Shown: positions 24,390-36,177, numbered from the stretch's first letter. The stretch is 44,258 bases of DNA from Octopus bimaculoides (GCF_001194135.2 NC_069009.1:10096455-10140712); one strand, 5' to 3'. Numbers and translations are program-made. Notes: generated from the sequence alone by a model not told the origin.

Positions 24390-27300
24390 TCTATATATAT
24401 ATAAAGTTGAGAATCTCTGTCTGTCTGTGTGTCTGCCTGTTTGTGTCTGTGTGTCTGTCTGTGTCTGTGTGTCTGTCTGTCTGTGTGAATCCCTAAAACT
24501 CGAGAATTACCCAACAAACTTCCTTCAAATTTTACACATGCCTTACGTCATGGGCTCAAAAAATTTTCAACTTCTTACCTAATGCTAGACCACAGTAATC
24601 TCTTATCTCTTACACTATTTCAGTATTACGTGTTAAATGTGAAACAAATTATATCTCTCTATTGAAATGTGAGATACTTTCAGTTTAATTCTTTCACTAT
24701 TATGTGGAAAATATTACCTCACATATATACATGCATACATACATATTCGTCATAAACACTCTACCACTCCTACTAATAACTGTTGGGAACCCTTTGAGAC
24801 CTGCCTTACATTCCAACCGCAATCTCAAAAACATTGTCCCCTTACATTTCATTCTCATTTCATTACTACGACACGCAAATAAACATTATTTCTCACGACG
24901 AGAAGATGGTAACAGACACTAACCAGATGCTACCTTGTCAAGTCAAATATATTGTCATCCACTTCCGCTCTAACTTTCCTAGCGTACCTAGACTTCAAAC
25001 GAACCGACACGACTATGAAACCACTGAACCGTAATTTCAAAAACATTACCCCGTTACGTCTCATTCTCATTTCATTCCCGTCACAGGGAAATAAAACTTA
25101 ATTCTCACTACAGGACAATGGATGATGGTGACAGATATTAACCACATGCTACCTTGTCAAGTGAAGTATATTGTCATCCAATTCACCGCTAACCTACCTA
25201 GCGCACGGACACTTCAAACGACCCCACACCACTTTAGCACCCAAATAACATCCGAACGCAATTCATAATCACTCTCTCCATTTCTGTCTTATGATTTCTC
25301 TCGTCTTGTCTTTCACAACATTGCTCTATCAAAACAATATTGATCAACTAAAGCACATTCATTCATTTTCCTGATTTCGGTACGTAACCATTTTCCTTTG
25401 TAAATTGCATCAATATGAAACACTATATTGCTATTTCTAGCATGCGATGCTACCACGTAACGCCTTCTCGCAAATACCTGTTCAGTGGTAGCACGGCGTG
25501 TTACAAATGCCAACCAAATCGGTTAATGTTTACAAGTACACTTACATATTAACTCCTAAAACTTTTCTTTATTTCCTTTCCAGCGGATTCATGCTTTCCA
25601 TCACGGACATTCCAATTATGCAAACATAATACCTTTCATTTTCAATTTCCCTGTTCCTACTCCTAATGTTTACATTTTCACTTCATTCAAAATCATTCCA
25701 TACTTTTTTCCATAATGCGGGCGCCGAGCAATCTTTTACATTTCTTCACTCAATTTCTTACATTTTCAATTCTTTTCAATTTCTTATATTAAGAATAGTG
25801 AAACAGGGTACTTGATAACGTGCGGAAACATTCCCCTGTTTTCAGTTTTCCTTACTGAAATGCGTGCCACTGCACGCATAAAAATTTAACACCTTCTGTG
25901 CTTCTTCCTTAATGTGGACCTGCAGACCTACCAACTTACCTTTAACCATTCCTACACTCACATGAAGCATCAACGGCAGCTTCTGCCACAAGTGCACCAC
26001 TAAACAAAGCTAAGCAATTCATCCAATTGCTCTTTCATTAACCCTTTCCCTATCCAATGTATATGAAAGTGCAGCCATACATTCACAAACAACACCCAAG
26101 ATTCATGTCCACACAAACGACAACATTCCCAACACAATTCATAACCACTTTCTCCTCTACTCTTACCATTTCTCTCGCTTTACCTTTCACAACTGTTTCC
26201 ATATTCATTTTCATCTCATAACACTAATATCATCTTATTTTGCACATTTACCGTTCTACTACCACTTCATTATTACCACAGCAATTACAAGTTTGGAAAT
26301 TATTGACACTAACATACTAACCCTTCAGCTAATATTTCATACTTAACAGTGTATCTCACTGCATTTAATCATGCTTATTTTAGACCATGCCCCAAAGGAA
26401 GACTTCTTCAATTGGACGAAAAACTGCAAAAGCTGCAAGATCATCAGCAAGATGGACTAATGATTTGTCAATCGAAACTTACATTAGACGATCACAAAAT
26501 GCTGAATGTACAGCCACTTCAAGAGCACTCCATACAGATCCCCAGCGTACACTTCGACGAAGTGCTGATGGTGCCTCAACTGCTGCTGCACGAGCTGCAG
26601 AGAAGGAAAACGAACGCGCTACACGCCTGGTCAGGAATGCTGCCATCATGGCTGCTGTGCGAGGTTCCCACACCTTACAACAGCCATATACTCTACTGCA
26701 GACTTCCATTCAACAAAGAGCTCATAGACGAGGATTTCCAACGCCATTTAGCTCACGATGGTTAGTACAACCTTTCCACTACAAACCCACTGGAAACGTT
26801 AACCCCACTCCACTGCAGGATCCACCACAGCTCTTAACGTCACTCTACGCTGGCANNNNNNNNNNTTGTTCATTCCAAATGACACCGTTCGGCGCTAATG
26901 TTCTTCAAGAAGGCGGATTTATGCCAACTCTCAAAGTTCAGGGAAAGGTTTACCATAGGATAGGTTCGCTCGAACCTGCTGAAAATCAAGATCCTCAATT
27001 TCTTCAACTGTACTCTGTAGGCAATTTACATGAACAAGCCACGCGACGAAACTCCATTTCCATTAGTACTAACCTTCACTTGATAATGCAAGCGCAAGAC
27101 CTTTTGCACCAGAAAAACAGCTCTGTATACACAGCTTCAAGTGTACCTTGGAAACAGAAGCTTCATCAAATTTTAAATGTTGTCATTGATGCCCAGAAAA
27201 GACCATCCAGGGAACATGCAGGCCGTTACAATGCACCCACATGCAATGAAATAGCATAGCTGTACTCCTTCACGGTGAACAGCACAATCCGAGAAACATT

Positions 27301-27501
27301 GTCCTTAGGCGACGTGACACCACCCTCCAACGAAGTAGTGAAACACGTCGATCATACGATACACTTCAATATCCACTTCTGTTTATTAGCGGTGAGGATG
27401 GATACCACATCGGTCTCCGACAGTAACATCCCTCGAATCGTAATGAACGTCTCAACAAGCCAATATCCTGCATGGACTTCTACTCATTCCGATTTATGAT
27501 T
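24390..27501 (+). mobile_element. Helitron 2: 5' end plus N-terminal RepHel coding fragment, 3'-truncated
   Basis: Starts A|TCTATATATATATAAAG with a (TCTG/TGTC)n tract at 24418-24485. ORF 26387-27259 has FQMTPFGA, KVQGKVYHRIGSL, PQFLQLY, HAGRYNAPTCNEIA, then RSYDTLQYPLLF..GEDGYH, the Helitron N-terminal region before the Rep core. That the 5' end and the ORF belong to one element is inferred. Confidence 0.8.
24825..25255 (+). repeat. ~210-bp diverged tandem duplication
   Basis: AAAAACATT..CCC.TTAC.T.TCATTCTCATTTCATT and ATGCTACCTTGTCAAGT.AA.TATATTGTCATCCA each occur twice, ~210 bp apart. Confidence 0.85.
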
Positions 27502-29103
27502 GAAACAACTGCTGTAATTCCTCTGTTCTGTGTGGATTGATCATAAAAAGGTCTTCGACAGCATACCGCATACACGGATCTTGAAATCGCTGGATATTTT
27601 CAAACTTTCTTCTGTAATTTGAAACATCCTGAAGCACAGCATGTCAATGTGGAATACAAACCTCCAATTATACAACTCTAATGGAGTATGCACTACAAAA
27701 ATTGTTAATATCAACTGCGGCATTTTCCAAGGTGACTCACTTTCACCTTTAATTTTTTGCATAGCCCAAATACCCCTTGCCAGTGAACTTAAGAGAAAAA
27801 AGGTATGGCTATAAAATTGGTGACAAGAAAGTAAGTCATCAATTTTACATGGATGACTTATATCACTAAGGCAAAGACGATAATGGGCTTGAAGGACTAT
27901 TACGAACTGTGAAAGCATTCAGTGGCGACATCTGGCTGGAATTTGGTATTGATAAATGTGCAAGAGCCACTTTCCGAAACTGGAACTTGACGACCTGACA
28001 TTCAGGGGTGTTGGTTGTTGACACAGTCATAATAGAAATTGAGCAGGAACAAACGTACAAATACCTCGTAAAAAACGAGGTCTCTGGCATTCAGTATGCA
28101 AGTATGAAAGAGAAGATCAGGAGCAGTGTTACAGGAGAGTTCGAGCCGTCCTAAAATCCGAGTTAAATGCACGTAACAATGTGTTAGCGATAAATTCCTT
28201 GGCAGTTCCAGTTGTTATTTACAGTTTCAATGTGTTGAACTGTACTGGAGTATGAGCGAAATAAGGAAGATTGACACGAATATCCGTAAGCTGCTGACTT
28301 GCAATAAAATGCACCACTGAAAGGCGGACGCAGAACATTTTTTTTACCTACTCAGAGCTCAAGGAGGTCTTGGATTGATCCAATTAGTAATATCCTACAA
28401 AAGCACCATAACTGGACTGGGAAAATATCTAAAAACATTTAAAGACTGGATGCTAATATTCCTTGAACTCCAAGAGAAACGTAAGAAGCTTCATTCCATT
28501 ATGAAGGAGAACAAAAGATTTTCAAGTTAGTTTATGCATAATATGCAGGTTGAACAGCATGGTGGAAGTGTAGCAACTGTAGTTGCAAAGAGGTGAACTC
28601 AGTAGTAAAGTAAAATGCGTTTGAACAATTGGCTGATAGGTGGGAACAAACTCCGCTTCATGGCAAATATGTGGCCCGTAGCAAAGACGTCGATGTAGAC
28701 CTGAAGCACATCCATCAGTGGCTATGGAACTCAGGGCTAAATGCAGAGAGTGAAGTCTTGATCTTGGCTGCTCAAGATCAGAGCTTATAAACCCGGAAAT
28801 ATCAAGACAATGTGAGGAAAATTGTGTAGACTCAAATGCCGATACTGCAATGGTGGTATAGAAACGGTGGACCACCTAATCTCTGGATGGTTTTAGCACC
28901 TGGTAGAGTAAGGTAATATCTAGATCGAATAAAGTGTCGGCATTATAAAATCAAAACTACTGACAAATGGTAGAAGGAAAACACTGCGACTGTAAATGAG
29001 GGAGAGAATGTAACTATTCTTTGGGACTTCCCAGGATGTACAGGTCGTAAATAAACCAGATATTCTGTTGAAAGAGGAAAACAATAAAGTATGTTTATTA
29101 ATT
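27502..29103 (+). mobile_element. R4/Dong-like LINE fragment (RT core to start of RLE), same family as 985-4580, opposite orientation
   Basis: Plus strand: WIDHKKVFDSIPH, GIFQGDSLSPL, HQFYMDDL, RWEQTPLHGKYVARSK..HQWL..SGLNAESEVLILAAQDQ, CRYCNGGIETVDHL, TILWDFP, KPDILLKEENNKVCLLI; breaks abruptly at ~29103. Confidence 0.9.
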
Positions 29104-29232
29104 CTGTTGTATCGCACTTTCGGATGGCGTGCCTTCGCCTATAACGTACCTCTACTCAACTGCCGAACTCTTACTTCCAATGACTCGACTCAACAGAACT
29201 CGACGTCTCGTCTACCGACGGCTCCGGCTCGC

Positions 29233-30852
29233 TCTACGCACCGATTCAATTTCTTTATTACAAGTATATAGCCTAAAGAAAGAGGGGGGCATACGAAGAC
29301 AGGCAACACAAAACGTGGGGTACATAAAACGAATGATGAATACGAAATGAAGTTATTAACAAATGAAAAGATGTAATGGCTTACGAGTCCCGCAAAGATC
29401 GCAGTACCATTTCACTGTTCTTATTATGCATTTTTTATCCGTCTTATTTTTTATTTGTTGCGTATTCCACGAGGTCATCCATTTCGATGACATTCGATAA
29501 GTTATTATATTGGAAAAACCATCGTAGTTGCACAAAACTGCTTCCAAATAATTCTGTCCGCTTCTCCAGTTTCTCTTTTTCCAGTAAAACCACTCTTTTA
29601 TCTAACTCGAACATATCATAGTCCCATTTAATTCTTATCAAAATTTTCATAATTGATAGTTTCTTCTCTATTTCTATATCTTTGTCATCATCGTTCTTAT
29701 GTTTCTTCCAACAGCCTCCCCTGTATGTGCTACGTATTGTCTTCTCCTCTTTACTTTCCCCTTCAACCCCTCAAACTTCATTATTTTAGCTAATTCCCCT
29801 TCCACGTTTCTCATCCCGCTTGTTGTTGGCTCTGGTCCCTGGGTTCGAATTTCCTTAGTTTCTTTTTCCTGTGCTATTTTTTTCTTTTTCTCTTTCTCTG
29901 CCTTTCTTCGCTTCGGACTTTTTTGTGGCGACTCCACTCTCGTTATTTTTTTTTCTGCTGCTGTTTCCTCCGCCTTTGCTTTTCTTCCTCCACAACTTCT
30001 TCCTCCACAACTTCTTCCTCACTCACCACTGCATCATTATGGAGACACCTTGCACATCTTTATGGAGACACCTTGCTTGCATGTGTCCCTTACTTCTGCA
30101 TGTGTCCCCTACTTCTGCATGTGTCCCCTACTTCTGCATGTGTCCCCTACTTCTGCATGTGTCCCCTACTTCTGCATGTGTACCCTACTTCTGCATGTTC
30201 CCCCTACTTCTGCATGTTCCCCCTACTTCTCCCCTCCAACACAACTCTCAGTCGGGTCTCATCGGGGATTACCAACTCTTCGACTATTTTATGCAAATCT
30301 GGCAGGGTTATGTGGTTCATGACTTCCAAACCATAACCCCATCAGTTGATTTCTCTCGACACTTCCGCTTTTAACACCTCCATTTCGTCCTCATGACTTC
30401 AAGACCATAACCTCTCCACTTTTCCGTTTTTAACACCTCCATTTTGTCCTTGCAGTTGTAGAGGATGGCTTCCACCAGCCATTCCTCGTTCAGTATCCCA
30501 CACACAATCATCCTAACTTCGGCCCCCTCCCGTACCGCGTCAATAGGCGGTGTCAATCGAAGGCAACCTCCCTCCCTCCCTCCTGAACAACTCATTGAAC
30601 CTTTCAAAATTCCCTCCTTCCCCCAACCTCTCTCAACTACAGCATATCGACCGACAGTCTCCCGTCCGCCACCACCACAGCGCAGCTGCCTGCCTCCACA
30701 CCCAAAAATGGGTAGAAAAAACAAATTCCAAACAATTCAACAATAAACAACTTCAACAACTCTCAGCAACACAACAGCTACAAAAATCAAGGTTCAACAA
30801 CTCACCGCTCGCAACGTTCCCTCTCAACCAAATCCCCAACTCAACTCAAAAA
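29233..30852 (-). mobile_element. ORF1/gag-like-only unit 1 (degenerate; zinc knuckle replaced by minisatellite)
   Basis: Minus strand: 5' leader (~30720-30850); GGCLRLTPPIDAVREGAEVRMIV..EEWLVEAILYN (ORF 30371-30724); IVEELVIPDETRLRVVLEG; E-rich and SPQKSPKRRK linker (ORF 29674-29937); C-terminal domain (ORF 29444-29650); 3' UTR with AATAAA (plus TTTATT 29254-29259). Confidence 0.7.
30072..30230. repeat. 19-bp minisatellite (TACTTCTGCATGTGTCCCC), 7 full units plus partial flanks
   Basis: Units start at 30091, 30110, 30129, 30148, 30167, 30186 and 30205; the last three carry 1-2 variants; no spacers. Confidence 0.97.
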
Positions 30853-31678
30853 TCTACGCGACGCTTTTTATCTTTATTAGAGGCATATAGCCTGAACGAA
30901 GAAGGGACACTACAAGGACAGACAACACAAAACATGGGGTACATATAACGAATGATGTATATGAAATAGAATATTTATAACGAAAGGATGGAATGGCTTA
31001 CGAGCCCCCCACCCCAAGCTCGCAACTTCATTTTACTGTTCTTTTATACAATTTATAATCTGTTTTAATCTTCATCTGTTATATGTTCCGTCAGATCCTC
31101 CAGGCTAACAACATTGAGTAGATTATCATAACGAACATATAATTGACACTCTGTAATTCTGCCTGGAAACAACTCTACCAACTTCTCCATTCTATCCTTC
31201 TTCACCAATACTGCTTTTTCATATGTCTCAAACATATCTGGATCTAATTTCACTCTTATTAAACCTTTCATCTTAGCTATCTTATTCTTTATTTCCATTT
31301 CTTTGTAATAAAATATGAACGTTCTTAATTTACTTCCCTTAGGTCTCCCTATTCGTACTACATGGTCTAGCTGCTTTTCCAATTTTTCCTTCCACCCATT
31401 AATTGTCTCCTCTTCTGCGGCATCTCTTACACTAATCTCTGCTTGCTCCGGTTCTAGAGTTCCATTCCTTGTGGTTTCTTATTCATCAGCTGTTTTCTTT
31501 TTTTCTTTCTTTTTCTTAGGGCTCTTTGGCGGCGATCCCGCTCGCGCTCTCTTTCTCTCTACCGATATTTCCTCCTCCTCCTCTTTTTCTTCTTCCACCA
31601 CTGTATCTTCACTCACCACTATGTCTTCCATCTGCACTTCTCTTAGGGGACACCTTGCTTGCAGGTGTCCCCTGCTTT
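30853..31678 (-). mobile_element. ORF1/gag-like-only unit 2 (3' part; 5' part lost in N-gap)
   Basis: ORF 31479-32021 end SRGHLQARCP...GSPPKSPKKKK (knuckle H-X4-C); ORF 31065-31382 C-terminal domain; 3' UTR homologous to unit 1, with TTTATT at 30873-30878 and TCTACGC at 30853. Confidence 0.72.
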
Positions 31679-32020
31679 NNNNNNNNNNNNNNNNNNNNNN
31701 NNNNNNNNNNNNNNNNNNNNNNNNNNNNNNNNNNNNNNNNNNNNNNNNNNNNNNNNNNNNNNNNNNNNNNNNNNNNNNNNNNNNNNNNNNNNNNNNNNNN
31801 NNNNNNNNNNNNNNNNNNNNNNNNNNNNNNNNNNNNNNNNNNNNNNNNNNNNNNNNNNNNNNNNNNNNNNNNNNNNNNNNNNNNNNNNNNNNNNNNNNNN
31901 NNNNNNNNNNNNNNNNNNNNNNNNNNNNNNNNNNNNNNNNNNNNNNNNNNNNNNNNNNNNNNNNNNNNNNNNNNNNNNNNNNNNNNNNNNNNNNNNNNNN
32001 AAAGCTCACAGTTTCATTCA

Positions 32021-33410
32021 ACTGTTATTTTATACAGTTTTATAATCAATTATTTAAAATTTCTTATCTGTTATAATTTCTGTCAATTATTCCAGTTTAA
32101 CAACATTGGGCAGACTCTCATAACGGACGTACACGCTTGATTCCATCACACTACAAGGAAACAACTCTATCATCCTTTCCATTCGTTCTTTGTCTAGTAA
32201 TACTGCTTTCTGATCACTGTAAAACGTGTTCGGATCTAATTTAACTCGTATTAATCCTTTCATTTTTGCCAACCTCTTTTCAATCACCATCTCTTTCATG
32301 TAGAGTAACAATCCTTTTAAATACTTTCCTTTGGGTCTCCCTTCTTGCACTATATATTCTCTTTGCAATGCCACTCTCTCCTTCCACTGTTCAAGTCTAA
32401 TCTCCATTTCATCTTCATCTACACTAGTCACTGCATGCTCCGGTTCTCAGGTTCGATATTCTGTCGTTTCTATTTCCACCGTTATTTTCTTTTTACCTTT
32501 CTTTTTTTTTCAGGCTTTTTGGTGGTGATTCCACACGCGCGCTCTTTCTATCTACAGTTATTTCATCTTCCTTTTTCTCTTCCTCTTTTTCTTCTTCCTC
32601 TCTTTCTGCGTCGTTACACCCTTCTATTTCTCCAACCTGTGCTTGCATATGTCCCCTACTTTTACATTTGTAACATATTGGTGGTTTCCCCTCCACCACA
32701 ACGCTCAGTCGGGTTTCGTCGGGGAGCACCAATTCTTCAACTTAATTGTGCAGGTCTGGCAGGGTTATATGGATTAACACGTCCACACCAAAACTCCACC
32801 AGATGATTTCTCTTGATTTTTCAACTGATAAGACCTCCACTGTACCCTTTCAGTTGTGAATAATGGCTGTCACCAGCCACTCTGCATCCATTTCCGGAGG
32901 TACTTTACCAATTCTTACTCTTGCTGCTCTTCTTCCACAATAAGTAGGCAAAAGTGCCCACCTAGCCGTTCTCAAGGACACAGTGGAGTGCCATTTTGCC
33001 TACTCCTCACTCGTAAAGCGTACCTCCACCGTGCCGTACTTTCTTCCTCTTGCATAGAACGTGGTTAATTGCTTAATCTCACTTAAGCACTGCTCAATCG
33101 CTTCAATTTCTGATATTTCAATTTATTTCGTCTTGACATTAAGCGTTCTGTATACTATGATCTTCTTTTCTGCTCGTTCAACTGCTTCTCTTGGCCGTGT
33201 TACTCTCAGACAGTCTCCTTCCTTTTTACATAAATCCTTGAATTTTTCTAAATTCTTTCACTCAATGTGGATCTCTTTCATTTGCATTGCCTCCGAGATT
33301 GAGAATAGGAAGCCGGACATAGTCCCACCTATTTTCAGTTTCATTCGTTTTCTTGTATAGTGCTTTATCTTTGCAATCTTTCATCCTACACAAGCCTGAC
33401 CTTCCTACTT
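32021..33410 (-). mobile_element. ORF1/gag-like-only unit 3 (most complete reading frame, several stops)
   Basis: One frame by hand: MKLKIGG...EGDCLRVTRPREAVERAEKKIIVY...FYARGRKYGTVEVRF...LLPTYCGRRAARVRIGKVPPEMDAEWLVTAII...VEELVLPDETRLSVVVEGKPPICYKCKSRGHMQ (CX2CX4H), acidic/basic linker, then the C-terminal domain (ORF 32087-32431). The VV.EG.P.C..C...GH layout resembles L1/Tx1-clade ORF1 proteins. Confidence 0.75.
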
Positions 33411-36177
33411 CTAATGAAACCAAGAAATAATCGGAAGCCTGCCTATCCACAGGTATTCTTGGTACGTTTAAAACCTGGATTTACCTATATGTCATTCCTC
33501 GAGGACGCCTTGGGGAGGTCTCTTCGTATAGGAAGTTCCAATATCCACAGTGTAAGGTAGTCAGCGGTTTCCATTAGAAATGGCTGAGTTCCCAACAGCC
33601 ACGGTGCCTGAGTAACATCGCCCTGCATGGAAAACACTAGTTGATACACGCCATCAATAATTTAAGGGAATACGTGGTTATCTCCGAAGAAAATGTGTTA
33701 CACTACCGAGGCACCTACTGCCCTAAACTCTTTCAGACTGTTAATGATGTCAGAACAAGACAGAAGTGGAGAGCGGTAGAGGACGTCGAGGTGAAGGCAG
33801 CAGACACCATCTATCTACATGTACATTATGGTGACGCATCTGGTGCATTGTGAAATAATTCATTATATATGTATTGATAGAACAGATCTCATTGATGGAT
33901 CATTTATGCTGCCGAAGCTCTATGCTATAAGCAATATAGATATAGTATCCGTTGCATCAGTCTTCTTTCGAATGTGTCAGTACACATGAATATCTCAAAA
34001 TGTTAACCATTGAAAATTAGTGGCTACACAGACCAGACATATGTGTTCTACTTTCAATCTAGAGAAGCTTCATAGTCAGAAATTTGATTACTGGTAATTC
34101 AACGCTTTTTACCAGCAAGCCAAATTTGCTACCGTAAATCCTTTGAGACTGTTATTAAGGTCAAAACAAGACGTAAATGTAGAACAGTGGAAGCCGTCAA
34201 GATTTCTGTTGGTCTACATTTTTCTATGGCTGAGTAGCCGTATTTTAACATTTTCTACGTGGCCGAGTAGCCATTTTCTCTATAGCCGAGTAGCCATCAT
34301 TTCATTTTCTACATGATAGAGTAGACATCTTTGAGTAATGTCGAAATCGTTCTCTTCCTTTCAAAGACCAACATTTTGATCTTGTTTAGTCTCCTCCATT
34401 AAAATACTGTTCGTGTTTGCGCTTGGTGAAACCAATCACATCTGCAAATAAATATATACAGACTTCTTTATGATCTACTTTGTAATTCTTATCCAAGATG
34501 AAAAATTACTCCGCATTTTCGTTTTGGTTTCCTATGTAGAGATTTGTCATCCCTTGTGCGCAATGACGCAATGGGGGAAAACGAATGCTACTGCGACAAC
34601 TCGGTGGTTGCTGGTATTAGTGGCAGACTGAATCACATCCTCCTTCGTCTTGTTCGATGATCTCTGGGTGTTACTCAGGTTGCCTATATTTAAGTGAGTT
34701 AGTAGACATTGTTTTCTAAATTGCCGAGGAACGTCGAAAGTGCTCTCAACTTCTCAAAGACTAACCGATAATCTTCTTTAGTCTCTTTCATTAAATCAAT
34801 AGGATTAATAACAATCCCATTGGCACAATCTTCTTTAATCTCTTCGAGCTATTTTCACATTGCAATACTTCCAACATTTCCCCAAACCGTCTTTTGAACT
34901 CACCATGTTCTATGTTCCTGGAGGAAAACAGCCAACTTCGTTGGAAGAGTAAAACAATTGTTTTCAGATCTTCTTAGTAATTTTTATCCAAGACGAAAAC
35001 GACTAACGCGTGAAAAGATAATAAAGAAAACGAAAGGCATTTATAATTATACAAACACTGAACGACAGAGATATGCACATGCCTATACACACATATAATA
35101 TCCTTTCTGTGAAAGGCACAAGGACTGGAATTTTGAGAGAGAGGGTTAATGGATTACAGCGACCTCCGCACTTCACTGATACACATACCACCGACTGCGA
35201 AAGGATGAATGGAAAATTCGACCTCGGCTGAATTTGAGCCCAAAACGGAAAGATGGATGAAATACCTCTAAGCGTTTCACCCGACGTGCTAATGAGTCCT
35301 CCAGATCACCGCCTCACACACATGATATGAAACCTCGATGCGAACCCAAATATTTATGCGAACACAAACATTGATGCGAACTCAAAACTTGATGCAAACC
35401 CCAAACCATAACGTTCTCATCCACCTTCTCACACATTCGCAGTAACGTATATAAAGAGAAAGTGAGTTAGAGAAGGGCAAAGAAAAGGTAAGAAAGAAAA
35501 TAGGAAGATATTAAATATTTACAAATAAAGAGTCAAGGAAATAGTATCAGTATAACTGATTCTACTTACAACTCAAGCATTGAGACGTTTACGAATGATC
35601 CTTTTTCAATTTTCTGGATTTTGTTATTGGATAGAAATCTGTAATATAAAAGAAGATGCATAAGAATTAATATAGAAGAATTTAGTCATAAAAATTTGAA
35701 ATATGTCAAATGAATTAGATGTAGGAAGAGAAGAAAAAAAAGCAGTAGTAAACGAATTAGATAATGCGAGATGATGATGATGATGATAATGATAAGTGAT
35801 GACATCGATTGATAATGACGATGAAAGAAATGATGATATCATTAATTATAATGTCATTAATGGTGATGTATGTGGTTGGTGTTGGTGTTGATGATGTAGT
35901 CCTGCTTACGATTCTGCTGATGCAGTGGATTATGATGATGAGTGAAACTGATGACGTCGATGATGATGGTGGTAGTGATGATAAAATTAGAAAGGGTGGG
36001 AGGGATGAGTAAAAGAAGCAAAATGTATATCTTGATAAATAAGGTAGAGATAAAGTAGAAGACAACAGAGAAACATGAGATAATGTACATATTTATATGC
36101 GTATATATATATATATATTTGTGCATATATATATGTATGTGTGTGTGTGTGTATGTGTATATATATGTATGTGTATA

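Noticed and set aside
30072-30230. Regular short repeat array as a possible CRISPR
   Set aside because: Units are contiguous with no unique spacers, the context is eukaryotic, and the unit derives from retroelement codons.
29105-31020. Model of the ORF1 array as LTR-gag-LTR (TRIM-like) tandem
   Set aside because: The shared segments end about 20 nt past AATAAA, and no CA end plus PBS is found at the unit 2/unit 1 boundary, so they read better as 3' UTRs. Kept only as an alternative.
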